A stretch of DNA of 64,000 bases, taken from NCBI RefSeq assembly GCF_018977255.1, contig NW_024704774.1, positions 1,054,001 to 1,118,000 on the forward strand. Direction: 5' to 3'. This DNA is from Callorhinchus milii (lineage: Eukaryota). This document shows positions 23,361 through 37,400 of this stretch, piece after piece (within the stretch, counting starts at the first letter, position 1; every line of letters starts with the position of its first letter). The notes beneath the pieces were generated by a model. It did no database searches, was not told the origin of the DNA, and was given only the letters and a program-made list of their open reading frames with translations. A program made the position numbers and the translations under genes.

Positions 23361-25167
23361 ACTATGCAGAGAACAGACCTTTTTTACAGCAACCAGGATT
23401 ATTATACAGAGACCATGCCTACTATCAGAGACTAGACCTTTTACACATGCACCAGGCAAGTTATACAGAGACGAGAACCAAACACAATACCTGCAGATGC
23501 TGGAGCCTGAAACAAAATAGGGATACAGATAGAGCTGCTGTTAGAGGTCAGGCCTTTTATACAGAAGCCTGGAATTGAATCCTTCTTTGGTCAACCGAGA
23601 TATTGCAGGCTGCAGAATAGCTTCCGTATCTGATTGTTATGTTCTCAAAAGCCGTCAAGGCAGCAGTGCTGGGGATTGTATTTCTTTCTGCATTGAATAG
23701 CCTTTTTCATCATTTAAAATGGTCACAATATCAGCACAGAGTGTCTCAGAGTGCTGGACGGGATATAATGTAAAGTGTTCTTTTTCCAATCATGTTTTGT
23801 GCAGCAATGTACCACACACAGCAGTAGAGAGAGTAACAAATATGGTGGGGTATTGGAAAAAGGAAGGTTAAACTCCTTTAACTTTGGAACCGTACCTTAG
23901 AATAATGATAAACGTTTCATCCAGAAATTCACTTTGCACTGTATTCCTTGAAGCGCTTTCAGACGTCTGGAAGACGTGAAAAGCGCCATATCAAATGCCA
24001 GGATTACTATTATTATTAAATCGACCAATATATGCTTAGAGGGCATCTCAGATAAGCATATGTTCTGAACTCAGAAATTCTGACAAAGCAGCTCTTCCCA
24101 ATCACTGCAGCTGGGTGACCGTCGAGGGAATAACAGTTTCCAGTCCGACATATACACCATTATAAGCCATTCGGATATTATGGCATTGACCATTTCCAAC
24201 ATTGTGTTTGCACTTCAACCCAAAATATTCTAAATCAGAGGCGTAAAAGAGCGTCACTTACAGAGCCAGGATGAAAGTGTCAATTAATAATGATATTCGC
24301 TTGAAATTTGAATGGAACGTAATGCTGATGTGGACAAATGAAGGCAAACTGTATTTGTCGATGAGTGTAAATCATTTTACAAAGGTCACTTGCAGAGTGG
24401 GGAGGCAAATGGTCTCTGGGATGTGATACCAGAGAGTGGGGGCTGATAGTCTGAAGGCCCAATGGCGTGATGGGCAGTGCAGGGCCGGGGACATTGAAAA
24501 GGCGAAGGGAAGAATCGGATCAGTTCATAGGGTGTAAGGAGTTTGGGCAGTTGGGTCTGGGCTAAAACCGCAGAGGCATTTCAATGCATGGAGGGGGCTA
24601 TGATCATCCACTAAATGGTGGTAATGATCGCCTGGTATACGATGGAGGCTTTGATCACCCGGTGGCTATGATCAACCCATTTGAGTTATTGACAACCGTG
24701 CTTGGATGAAAGACTTTCTACAATAATGGTTGCAATCGGTTTCATCCCATTCTCCAACTATTTCCACCGCAGTCTTTTTATGTTCCTGTTCCAGATATTT
24801 ACGGATTGCTCTCGGATCAGGAAAGAGGAATTTGTCTCAGCCATGGTTTCATTTTGGGCAAGTAACGTCATAACTCATATCCCTGTGTAATGTTATATGT
24901 TTTTGTTTTGGATTTCAGTGTTTTGACTTGAATTGTTTTATGATAGTGGATTGGTTCCGTCAAAGTTTGTATACCTTTCTGACAAAAGTAAAAATATCTT
25001 ATTTTGTTAAAACTATTAAATCTACAAACTTAAGCGCTCTTCCTCAAAATTTCGCATTTAATAATCTGCATTGGTTCACCTAGACGAAGCGAAAATTATT
25101 TTAGATTTCACATCGGTTAAATTAATTTGCACGTAAATTATCTGCCAGTTTCCTCCCTTGCAGTTTA

Positions 25168-25486
25168 GCAGTGCAGCTCAGTGGTTAGAGCACTCGCTTT
25201 GCGAGCGAGAGACCCGAGTTCAATTCCAGGCAGAGGGCGAAACCTTGGGCAAGTTTCCTTACTCCACACTGAGCCTAATAATAATCCCTCCAAAACCAAA
25301 AACAATAATAAATTGGTCATTTTCAATCCACGACTGTTTGTGGAACATTGCTATGCGTAATTGGCTGCCGCGTTCGCCCACAAATATACAGTCAATTCAC
25401 TTTGCAGTGTGTTCTGTGAAGCGCTTTGGGACGTCCTCCCGACGTGAAAAGCGCTATATCAAATGCAAGGATTATTATTATTATTA
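25168..25486 (+). mobile_element. Full-length tRNA-derived DeuSINE-like SINE
   Basis: Box A CAGCTCAGTGG, box B GAGTTCAATTC, Deu-like core, L2-like tail, (TTA)n. Confidence 0.92.
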
Positions 25487-26935
25487 CCAGCTGATCTGTC
25501 ATATTGAAGTGCGGAAATATCTGCTCCCCTGTGGCCACCCGAGGTACTGCAGAGTGGAGAATGGCTTTCTTATCTGATTGTAATGTTGTCAAAAGCCGAC
25601 AAGAAATCAGGGCTGGGGATCTCTTAAGTTAATGCTTTATTACTCGAACCAACACAAAGTTCTGGAGAGGTAAAGTACAATAATAGAAACATGTTGCTTT
25701 ATTTACCAAAATTTTCTAAATCGTTACAGTATATTCTACATTATTTTACTATATATTCTGTGAAGCACATTGTGAAGTCCCTAGGATTTGATAATGCACT
25801 GTATCAAATCCAAGGAATATTAAGATAATACTGGACAAAGCCTATTTTACAGAGATGTTGATTGCTATTCTGAGACCATTGGCCTTCACTTGGAGTACGA
25901 ATTCAACTTATTGTCTGTACGGGCATATGAAGGCAAGACATATTTTGGCGAATAGTGTAAATCCATTGACAACCATCAGGGTGATGTGTACAATGATATG
26001 GGCGTGAGCATCACTGCTTACTATAAGTTTTTCGTGCAGTTCCTGTTAAATATTAATGCATCCCAGAATAAGGAGTGAAAATTACAAATAAAAAAGTCAA
26101 TTTAATTGTAACAAGTATCGTGGGCCATGTGAGAACAATGTTAAACCAAATTAAGTAAATACTATAACCATTTGAATTCGTGTTAATTCGCCACTGACCG
26201 GTAGAATAGGCCTAATATGTGTAATCAAATATTTGTTCAGATGAGTTCGCTCTGGTGGGTAGACATATGTGGATGTGAACCCGACACACATGTGAGCACA
26301 TTGTCGCCTGGGTTTCAAATCTCACAGAGCTTTGATCTACAGTTTTTGAGAGGCCTGTAATTATAGCACAGAAACGCTCGAAAGTTTTCTGTTTGGCGCT
26401 ATATATTTTGTTCTTTGCTGCTATATTATGTGCTTTATTTGACATAATTCTAGTTGTAATAATAGTGCGTTGAGATAACTCGATCTAATGTGTTAATTTG
26501 GCCGCTATTTACTTCAACCACAAACCCAGGTCCTGCTGCAAAGCAACAGAAATTCTGTGGTGTAGCCCGTGTCGACTAAAATACTTTTTAATCTCTTTAT
26601 ATGATCTGCCTCTGCAGCATCCGCTCCAGTAGTCCTCGTCCCCCAACCTCCTACCCCTTCACGCCCACCTCCCAAAAAATGACATCCCCCAACCTGCCAT
26701 CCCCCGTCTCTTTCTCTCTCTCACACAGAAGCACTATTATTCTTATTATTATTATTATTATACGTTACTAAGGACGGAATTTATTTCTAGCTCCACATCC
26801 AGAACCTTCAACAAAGCAAAAGAAACTGCAGGGCGAAGCCTGTGCCAAGTCAAAATAAATTTATGTTAACTCTCCTGATAATCTGTCGCTTTAGCTTTCG
26901 CAGTCAGTCCCACTCTTATTTCTCTGTATGTCTCT

Positions 26936-26970
<35 letters not shown>

Positions 26971-27699
26971 TTGTCTCAAGCAGAAAACAAGCAGCAGCTC
27001 AGATGTAATCTGACAGCAGTTCCAATGGTAACTCTTTCAAACACAAAAAGTCAGCACAGAACTGTAGTAATTTATAGCTCAGAGTGAAGTCATTTGGAAT
27101 ATGTGTGATCAAATGATGGTTACACTTAATTACATGAGGTGGTTCTGGCTGGCAGACGTATCGACTGTGAACACAACTCAGATGTCAGGGAAATTGGGCC
27201 TCTGAGGTTTAAATTTCACAGTGATTTGATCTCCAGTGTTTGCGATGCCTGCAGTTATAGCACAGAAACGTCGGGAAATTTATTTTCTGCTCATAATGTT
27301 CGTATTATTAATAGTGGATATGGATAAATACCACCCATCCCCCACCCCGGTCTCTTTCTCTCTCACACAGACATGCAAACACAGTCGATTTCAAGCAGGA
27401 AACACTCAGCCGGATGAGATGTTATCGGATATCAGTTGCCATAGTCACTCTTTACTTCTCAGAGAGGGATCACTGTGTGTTGAGCGTTTGCAAAACAGAA
27501 GGGAGACATTTGTTGGACGTGTCTTTGAATTTAAAACGTGTTTAGTCCATTTCACCAGCCTTTCCCTGTACCACTGGATGTTAGTTCTGATTCACAAAGG
27601 AGAGACAACATTAAAGTGAATTTATTTCAGAGAGTCTGAAATGAACTATATAAAATATTAAACTGCATTCCCCCTGAAACAGACAACCAAACGTAGCAC

Positions 27700-28250
27700 A
27701 GACATTGAAGCTCAGAGCCTCAGGAGGCCACGGTTACCCAGGGCAGAGCATAGACATTAGGGCACAGAGCCTCAGGAGGCCATGGGTACCCAGGGCAGGG
27801 CAGAGTCGTTGGAGCTCAGAACCTCAGGAGGCCACGGGTACCCAGGGCAGGACACAGGTATTGGAGCTCAGAGCCTCAAGAGGCCACGAGTACCAAGGGC
27901 AGGGCACAGACATTGAAGCTCAGAGCCTCAGGAGGCTAGGAGTACCCAGGGAAGAGCATAGACATTAGGGCTCAGAGCCTCAGGAGGCCATGGGTACCCA
28001 CGGCAGGACACAGGTCTTGGAGCTCAGAGCCTCAGGAGGCCACGGGTACCCAGGGCAGAGCACAGATATTCAAGCTCAGAGCCTCAGAGGGCCACGGGTA
28101 CACAGGGCAGAGCGCACACATTGGATCTCAGACCCTCAGGTGGCCACGGGCACACAAGGCAGGGCAGAGACATTGGGGCTCAGAGCCTCAGGAGGCCACG
28201 GGTACAGAGGGCAGAGCACAGACATTGGAGCTCAGAGACTGTGGAGTTGA
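27700..28250 (+). repeat. 52-bp GC-rich minisatellite, about 10 copies
   Basis: Unit GAGCTCAGAGCCTCAGGAGGCCACGGGTACCCAGGGCAGGACACAGGTATTG; period 52 measured between 27811 and 27863. Confidence 0.92.
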
Positions 28251-28264
28251 TGGACAATCAATAA

Positions 28265-28560
28265 CAAAAACTTAGATTTATGTAGCGCCGTCCAAGCCGG
28301 ACGGCGTCTCAGAGCGCTTCACAATAAAGATTACCGAGGCGGAGCCAGGGGGAGGGGGAAGGAGGTGAAGAAAGCTGCGGCCCTGAATTTAGGAAGACAG
28401 GTGGGAAGCTGAGGGTCACGGAGAGGCTGTGGTCGTGGGTGACAAGAGGCAGAAGGATGAGGATGTCAGTCGGACATGATTTATTATAGTTGAAAAGTAG
28501 TCCATGACCTCCTCGCACTTGGCATTTGTTGTGAAGATTTACTGGCAACTGAGATCGAGC
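28265..28560 (-). mobile_element. L2-type LINE 3' fragment
   Basis: L2-like tail (GTGAAGCGCTCTGAGACGCC...GGCGCTACATAAATC) and pyrimidine-rich ORF2 remnant on the minus strand. Confidence 0.65.
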
Positions 28561-28579
28561 AGCCGGGTTTGGTCAGCCC

Positions 28580-29285
28580 CACACCGCTGCCCTCTACCCC
28601 ACATCACTGCCCTCTACCGCACATCACTGCCCTCTACCCCACATCACTGCTCTCTACCCCACATCACTCTCCTCTAACCCATATCACTGCACTCTAAACC
28701 ACATCAGTACCACCTAACCCATATCACTTCTGACCCACAACACTACCCACGACCCCACATCACTGTACGCTAACCCACATCACTTTACTCTATCCCATTT
28801 CACTGCCCTCAACACCACAACACGCACTACCCTCTGCACCATATCATTTCCCTTTACCCCAAATCACTGATCTCTACACCATATCCCTGCCCTCTAACCA
28901 GCATTACTGCCCTCTAACCAACACCACTGCCCTCCAGCACACATCGCTTTCCTCTATCCCCCTTCACTGCCCTATAACCCACGTCACTGCCCTCTAACCC
29001 ACAAGTCTGCCGTCTAACCCACATCACTGCCCTCTTCCTCAAATATCTGTCCTCTACCCTACAGCACTTCCCTCTACCCCACAACACAGCACTTTAACTC
29101 AACTCACTGCCCTCTACTCCATATCGCACACTGCTCTCTACCCCAAGTCACTACAATCTACCAACATCACTCACTGCCCTCTATCCCACACCAATCAGTG
29201 CCCTCACCCCCACACCAATCACTGCCCTCTACAACACATCATTGCCCTTGAGCCCACATCACTGCATTACTGCCCTCTACCACAC
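28580..29285 (+). repeat. ~20-bp minisatellite (CACTGCCCTCTACCCCACAT)n
   Basis: Directly visible, more than 30 imperfect copies. Confidence 0.92.
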
Positions 29286-31268
29286 ATCATAATCTTCAAC
29301 CCCACACCTCTTCCAGCTTCTACCCCACATCCATATCCTCTAAACACATTACTGCCGTACTGTCGACCACCTCTCGTTCCTTCTCGCTTCTTATCTCTCG
29401 TGGATGATCCCACGGCCTCCCTCTGCCCCAGCAGCAGCCACACTGATTGCCCCATTCCCCACTATCACCCCAAGCCCAACGACCACAGACCCCGGGGGCA
29501 AATCTCTCTTCCCTGATCCACATTCCCACACTCCCTTTCAATCTTCCCACTCCACTCAGTATCTCACACATTCCTCTGCCAACTTTCCCCGCCCACTGTA
29601 TTTCTTTATATAACTTTCTATTCATCGATGCGTGAATGTTTCCTTGTTTGTTTGTTCGTTTATTTGTGTGATAGATTCAATGATCCAGACTGAATTTCCT
29701 GAGAATGACACCGAATTTAAAATCACGAACCTGCTGATTTTTATGCAATCGATGGTGGTCAGGGACAGACAGATGTCAGTGGTTAGTGTGTTGTGCATTT
29801 GAAAATAATGACAAACAACTGGGCGGTTTCATGTTCATTTGATATTTATTGAAGTCTATTTGATTTTCACTCACCATTTACAATCTGTTTGTTAAATAGG
29901 TGAACAGTGAACAGCAGAAATCTCTCTCCTCAGATATGGTGGGTGCTGTCAAAACATCAATTCTCTTTTGTTGGCTCTTCTTGAATATTTAATATTGATC
30001 CCAAAACTAACACTCGCTGCAGTATATAGAATGATCATAGAACTTTCTGGTTCGGATACACACTTCCTCTGAAACTGGATCCGTTTTTATCCAATTGACC
30101 AATTTCTCTTTCGTAGATAGAATAACTCGATTGATAAAATTCAACAAATAATCTGAACAAATATGCGCAGGAATCTAATAATTTTATCACAATAAATCTT
30201 TTAAAATGACGGGAAATAAAAAAAAACTTAAGCTCTATTGCCGTCTAGAATCGAAAGCGTCAAAGTAAATTCAAAATAAAATAGTAAAGGATAAAATACA
30301 ACAATTTTCTGTGTAATATGATAACACTAATAGAGGCATCAGATTACTGCAATGTATAAAACACACGTTATGTTCACCCTGAAATGCAAACAAATCATTC
30401 TGAAAATCACAGAAGAATGTTTTACACAGAACACACATGGAAACTTGATATCACAGAAAGATATGACACGGTTTCATATTAATTGCGTTGGTATGTTGTT
30501 GGAACGTGTATATTCATCTTGTCCATTGGTTTTCTATCTAAAGATAATCAGTAATAATTGGTGATGAAATTTCGGTTGAATGGCTCTGTAAAATAGACAA
30601 TAAAATATATTATTTGAAGGAAATAAGTTTATTCTCATCAATAACATAATACTGATCCATTTATAACACCCTAAAGTACAGCACATTGGCAATGACAATC
30701 TCTGGGGCTGTTACTTGGGTTTCGTTCAGCGGCTGCTGTTTGTGAGACTGTTTCCAACTATTTTAGTTAATGTTTCTGCCATTTGATACCACATTTACAA
30801 AGGAAGAAGGACTTTTTACGCTCAAATAGCAGAATGTGAAATTAAATTTTGATTCAGGAAAATAAAATAAAAGTTTTGCGCATAACATATAGGACCAATA
30901 ATCTCTGAGTCAAATAAAGAAAATAGTTCCAACAGTTCAGAATAGTAAATATAAATTAACGTTTTAGTCGCATCCAACCATGGATCACATCACTGTGAAG
31001 TTTCTGACAAGAAGTTTTTAATTTTAATTCCATCATCAATTGGCGTGAAGACATGTGTGACGGCTGCACATGATCACTGCCATTCTGTCTAATATCAGCC
31101 TCAAGTCAGGATTGTGAATGATTAAAATCACTGACCGGTGTTGGTCAAGTTGTATAACCATTACATTCACCTGTAACTGTGACTACTATTACACATGTCA
31201 CCAGGACGATCATATCAATCATTGGCGGCTTTCTGTGATGTAAGTAATGCTGTAAATCATGAACTCAC

Positions 31269-31448
31269 CTGTTTGATGGGGATGTTGCGATCAGACGGTG
31301 CAGAGCTCAGGAGATTCCCTTTGATTCCCAATGGGAAGTTGTCTGTACTTCTCGGTGTCATTCTCACAGTCAATATCATCATAATCATAACCACACTGAC
31401 TGGTGTCAACAGGAAACAGCGGGTCACTGTCTGTGTGGTGTCCACCCT
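31269..31448 (-). CDS. SRCR gene last coding exon (stop 31293-31291)
   Basis: [52 protein letters not shown]; acceptor CTGCAG; donor GTGAGT 22 nt after the stop. Confidence 0.8.
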
Positions 31449-34400
31449 CTGCAGAGAGAGACATCATTTATTAGTGATTACATTCAGAAAGGTGTCACTG
31501 TGTGTCTGTAAGTGTGCGTCTGCGTCTGCATTTGTGTGTCTGTATATATGTGAGTCTGTGTGTCTATGTGTGTTGTCTGTGTGTTTGCCTGTGTGTGCCT
31601 ATCTGTCTGTGAGTGTCTGTGTGTTGTGTGTCACGGTGTGTGTCTGTTTGTGTGCGCCTGTGTCTGTCTATGATCGTGTATGTGCTGCGTTTGTGTCTGT
31701 GTGTACACAGGTATGTTGTGTATGTCTGTGAGTCTCTGCGTGTGTACCTATGTGTTTGTGCGTGAGGCAAAAATACCGATTGCGGAGATAACCATCTTGG
31801 ATTTCTGATTGTGTGTCTTACCTCCATCACTACAATCAGAATTTTAAAAAAACTGGAAGGGTTGGGCATTCAAGATGGAATTCCTCCTCACTTGTTAAAT
31901 TTTAAATAGATTATAAATTTTTTAAACGCGCGTTTCAATAATTGCTGATAGTGCTGTAAACGATTGTTCCCTTCATTGCATTTAGGTTGTTATTAACAAG
32001 ACGTCGAAACAAGGAAATCTGCGTTAATCGGTAAGTCACAGCACAATTTTATATGTGCAGTTATTGACACAGCACAGAGCACCATTATGTATGTGCAGTT
32101 ATTGACACTGCACAGAGCACCATTCTGTATGTGCAGTTAATGGCGTTACAGAGCGCCTCGGAGATGAATTCATCAAACCCTGAAATATCCATTTCAGATT
32201 GCACATCGACCACTAATTATTCTGATTTTAGATATCACAACAAGGCCAAATATCTCCAGCCGCCCTATTACCAATCCCTTGCTGCAAACACGTACCAACT
32301 CGCCTACACATACAGTCACTACACATTGAAGCCTGTCCGAGACGTCCTAACTTGAAAGGCACTGCACAATTGTAATTCTTGTTGTCCTTATGCCATTACA
32401 TTTCTGTATGGAATGGAAGATTGATTATAATTGCGATAGTGATAATGATTTTCCCTCCCAGATGTGTTGCTGATTAAATATCTCCCGCATTAAGCTAAGA
32501 CATCACAGTTCGGCTCTTACCCTGACAGAGCGAGGCTTCCTGGACAGTGTGACTGGTCAGTGCGGGGACATCAGGGTGTGTGTCAGTGACCAGGAGGAGG
32601 CCCCGGTCCGCCATCTGGAAGGTTCCGCCCTCAGCGTCGTCGTAATCTTCCTGAAGATGATCTGTTAACAGGGAGTCAGTCTTACGCACTCAAACATTCA
32701 GATAGGAAAAGGAGGCAGATATCATAATATTATACAGCACAGAAGGAGGCCATTCAGTCCATCTATTGAAAGAGCGACCAAAATTACTCCAACTCTTCCG
32801 CGCTCTCCCCACAGCCCTGCAAATTTGTCTTCCCCAAATATCTCTCCATATCCACCCAAATTTGGACACAGTGGTGCTCAATGTATCTTATGCCTGAACG
32901 ACTGAAAAAGTCCTGAATTTCTTTTTAGATACTTTATCTGAAGATTAAAGCTTGTGTTACTGTGAAAACCGGATAAATTGGGAGCTCTTTCGCCTCTGGG
33001 TCGGAAGGTTCTGATTGTAATCCACTCGGGGACTAAGATCACACTCTGGATAACACTCCACGGCAGTGCAGTGCATTGAGCTCCGTTTGGATGTTTAGCT
33101 GGAATTTAAATATTGCAAATCTCAAAAGGGAAATAGTTCTTATACTGGAGGGTTGCCCCACATTCCTCCTGATTACTGTGCATATTTTGCGCACAAATTG
33201 CCTTTCCAGTTCATCAAGAGATATACAATCACTAAAAATCACTGGAAACATATGTGAAGTGCTTTGAAACGTCTCGTCGAATTGATCAGAGGCTGTATCA
33301 CATACAATAATTGTTTCACTCACTCACCATTCGGAAGAAACACCTCAGCGTTTCCTTGTTCTGCATCAGATCCATTCACACTCTCCCCAGTGTAGTACTC
33401 CAGTTTACTGATAGAATCGTTGGATCCTGAAACTGTGCAAATAATGTCATTACTGTCCCATTACAGAGGTTCTTAGAGCCTAATTCTACTCCAATATCAA
33501 AACGAAGAAAGGTATCAACAATGAGAGATTTTTTCCGAAATCGTGGATCATTTTCCAAGGATGAAAATATGGTCAACCGCTCAAAAACATGATGTTGATC
33601 AAGAGAAAATCTTTAACATACCAGGAGCAAGTTGGTTAAATAATATTAATATAATTTTTGAATACTGCCTCTGTTTAGGCTACGAATGACACATTTGAAA
33701 ACATGGTATTATTTTAGATATTCGCTGCGACTACAGACACACTATAACCATCGCTTATATTAATTTCTGTAGGATTCGTTTTGGTGAATTGATCAAGCCC
33801 AATATCTAAAAGTTATTTTACTGTATACTAAATTAACTAATGTAACTTAGCTTAATCGGTGAATGCAGAAATCATCGTTGATAATATTTGAAAATTGAAA
33901 GACCGAACAAATTGAAGTATTGAGTAGGTTTCACCTCTTTTAAGTGGGTAAATTGATACAACGCAACTGGATGTGGATTTTTCAGTTCTCTGAATAAAAG
34001 CTTGAAATCCTAACCACAGCGCATTCAATCATTTGCATTTGCCACCAATCGGGATACTAATGTTGATGCTTTTTGTTCAATGATGCGGATGCAATAAATA
34101 TGATTGTAAAGTATGTACCAGTGGAGTCAGCCTCGAAGTTTCTTCTTCTGATCGGCCGATCCTCAATTTCTTCATAAATTGCTTGATACAAACGAGCAGA
34201 TGGATATTTTTCCTCTGTTGGAAGTTGACATGTACAGAAGTTAAAATATTAACCTGAAATTGCACAGTGGAGTTTGAAATTGATATGTAAATATTTGGAA
34301 CATGTTACGTTAGTATTATTATTTGAAAATGTCAATATATCATCGTCACTATTGCCTCATTATTCATCAGTGTACTTGTTTTTGTCAGTGTTTGTTTCAA

Positions 34401-37400
34401 TCGGTAAATATGACTGTGCATTTGTATTTAGGTACCTGCAAATATCTACTTAGCTCTGTGTGTTGGTGTGTTAATACAACTGTGTATTTGTGATGCTTTG
34501 TGGGTATCTACGTTTTTGTTTGAGTTTAACTTATTTAATAATAATCCCTCCAAAACCAAAAACAATAATAAATTGGTCATTTTCAATCCACTACTGTTTG
34601 TGGGACATTGCTGTGCGCAATTGGCTGCCACGTTCGCCCACAAATATACAGTCAATTCACTTTATTTTTTTGTAGTCCTTTATCGAAAAATATGTTATTG
34701 CGCTCCGTTTACGTTGAGGCCTAATTGTGTCTGGTGGTTTCTTTATGCATCTGTGGTTGTGTTTGAGCTACGCATTTGAACGCATATGACTTTAATTTTA
34801 GTTTGTGCAACTTTACAGATACATGTGAACACAGGCAATGAAATCGAGACGGTAAAAACAGGTAAGAGTATTAAATTAACAAAAACAGACACGTGCGTCA
34901 ACAGGATTTTATCTGAATTGATAGAGAAGCTCCAGCCATTGCTGTGAGATCAGATTCCAGTCTCACCTGTTCCTGAAGAATTACTGTCCATCTGTACAAT
35001 CAGTGCAAACAGTACCACCGCTAACAGGATTCCAAGGACGATGCAGACCACGAAAGGTATGTTGATCAACTGGACTTTGCAAGTCAAGGACATAACATTT
35101 GTTATTTTATTGTTGTACAACATGTGGTAGTCACACTTTCGAAACTATAAAGAAAAATGCTTCACACTAAACTGAACGTTATCTGAAGCAAATTATTGCA
35201 CAGTGATATGATATGTTCCACAGTGTATTCAGAATAATGCCCAAACTATCTGAAAAATTGTCCTGATGCAGCTCTTTTCCTGAAGTTAAACGCCTGTTAA
35301 TTTCTAAAATGTAGTTATACAGTCTGTTCATTTCTCAAGTGTTGACTACTGAAAGGTTAGTTGACAAATATACTGGTTTGGATATATTAATGTTTTTACG
35401 AATGAATGGCAATACCTAGTGGTAATATGTAGGAAAGCTAAGCAATGCATTAGCAAAAAGTCAAGTCATTATGTTATTTACCGAAGGATGCGGTTGGGAC
35501 TGGCGGTCTTGGAGGTTTACCTGCAAAACATCGCAAACAACATAAATCCAGTAACCATTCAATTTCTGGCATCAAATGAAGTCAGAATTAATCTGCTTTT
35601 GTTGAGAAAAATTTAAAAAACCTCAAATTTGTCGATGAACATTGAGAGATCGGATCCCTACCGGAGCAAACCACACCGGCGTCTTCTTTGTGAACGCAGT
35701 CGCTGCGACCCGCGGATGCGGAGACGCAATCCCACAGAAAGGATTCGCTTCCTCTGCAGTGAAGCTCGTCCAGCCATATCTGACCAGCGCCTTGTCCGAA
35801 CCCCGCCTGTCCCACAGCCCGCACGGCCGGGCCGCAGTCCAGCTGTCCGCACACCACACTGGCCTCTCGGATATCCCAGGAGTCGTCACACACCGTCCCC
35901 CACGTCTTATTGCTCAGTATCTCAACTCTCCCCGAGCAAATGCTGCTTCCTCCAACCAACCGCATCTTCTGTCCTGATCACACAATATTCATATCATATC
36001 TGTTAATTATTCACACAATAAACTATGCACTGTTGCATCATAGTATCAAAAACTGTTAACTTGTGAAGCATTATTCATAGGATAAATATAATCGTCCTAT
36101 AAATAATCTTTCAAATAATATTAACGATGAAAATTTGCTCACTCAATCTGCTCATGGACATTATTGCGCGCAATTGACTGCCCAATTTTGCCCACACATA
36201 TACAGTCGTTTTACTTTCCTGTATATTCTGTGAAATGGATAGTCATGTCCTGAAGACCTGAACCGCGCATTATCAAATTGAACCATTATTATTATTAGTC
36301 GTATTATGCAGTCCATGCGCGTTGCAGAAGATACTATGAAGCCCCTTTAGACATCCTACTGTAATGAATGATTTGATATCAAATGCAAGTGCCTTTCATT
36401 CAATTATTTTTCATTCAATACCTGATAAATGATGCTGCTCGTCAGGTGACCTCCCAGGGCACTGTTTTGCACGAGCCGTTTTTCTCGTAAATTTCTCTGC
36501 ATTAAACACAGATTTACAAATGAAGTGGTTCCCATTGAAGCACAATAAACATTCGCTCCGAAATTTTAACTGAGGAACATTTCTTTACCTTCACAAACTA
36601 CGCGCACATCGTCCGAATGTTCACAGTCGTGTTCACCCCAAGGTGTCGAAGAACACTGCCATAGGAAGGATTCCTGTGAATTACACTCTACGTCATCCAT
36701 CCAAATAGGTCCAGATGCTTTATCAATTTGGCCATCAATATCAACCTTCAGAGCGTGGCCACAACCTAACTGTTTGCAGATCACCTCAGCGTCTTCGAGT
36801 CCCATGGAGTCGGAGCAAACTGTGCCCCAGGTCCCATTGTAAAACACTTCCACTCTCCCCTCACAGGAATGTTGTCCATTCACCAGCCGCAGTGACTTGT
36901 GAGCTGCGAAGGAATAGTGCTGTTGTTTGACACACGTTTTCGATTTATTTGATCTTAAGTGCTCCCCACCGAGTCAGATTCCGTAACCTGCTCCAAGCAA
37001 TAACGTTAAATAAATGCAAGTCTGTCTCGTTCTTGATGTTTTAATTTCATGTGGAGGAGCTCACGTGAAGTACATTGGATAAATCTATTATTAATGCTCG
37101 AAAACACCGAGGTGTAATTTATAACAATATAGTTGACGTTTCATATAAGAGTAACATATGTTACCCCTTGTGTTTGATTATGAAAAATTACATTGACACA
37201 TCTGAAATACTCCTCAGTCATTACACATTTCAGAGGTTTTACTAACTATTTGACGGAATATCCAGCCAGATTCAGAGGTCAGTGTCCCAGAACCAGCTTA
37301 AATTGAATGATCCTGTTTGATCTGGAGATGAGTTGGACAGTGCACCAGGAGAAACAGTATCACATCAACAGGTACTGATAGCCTTGTCAGCTTTTCCTCC

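Larger units (their letters stand above)
24265..28260 (+). repeat. Left arm of diverged inverted segmental duplication (partner 53990-57265)
   Basis: Collinear reverse-complement matches: 24270-24400/57130-57260, 24960-25138/56400-56590, 25490-25710/56220-56370, 27560-27740/54040-54240, 28225-28260/53994-54030. Confidence 0.8.

Noticed and set aside
27700-29285. CRISPR-like arrays
   Set aside because: Head-to-tail tandem units with no unique spacers, no cas genes, vertebrate DNA; minisatellites
31195-31869. 178-aa and 101-aa Cys/Val- or Thr/His-rich ORFs (also 9996-10308)
   Set aside because: Translations of GT/CA microsatellite and the antisense of a real SRCR exon
35629-36006. Plus-strand ORFs overlapping SRCR exons (also 37605-37856, 40709-41056, 43060-43515)
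   Set aside because: Antisense shadows of GC-rich coding exons
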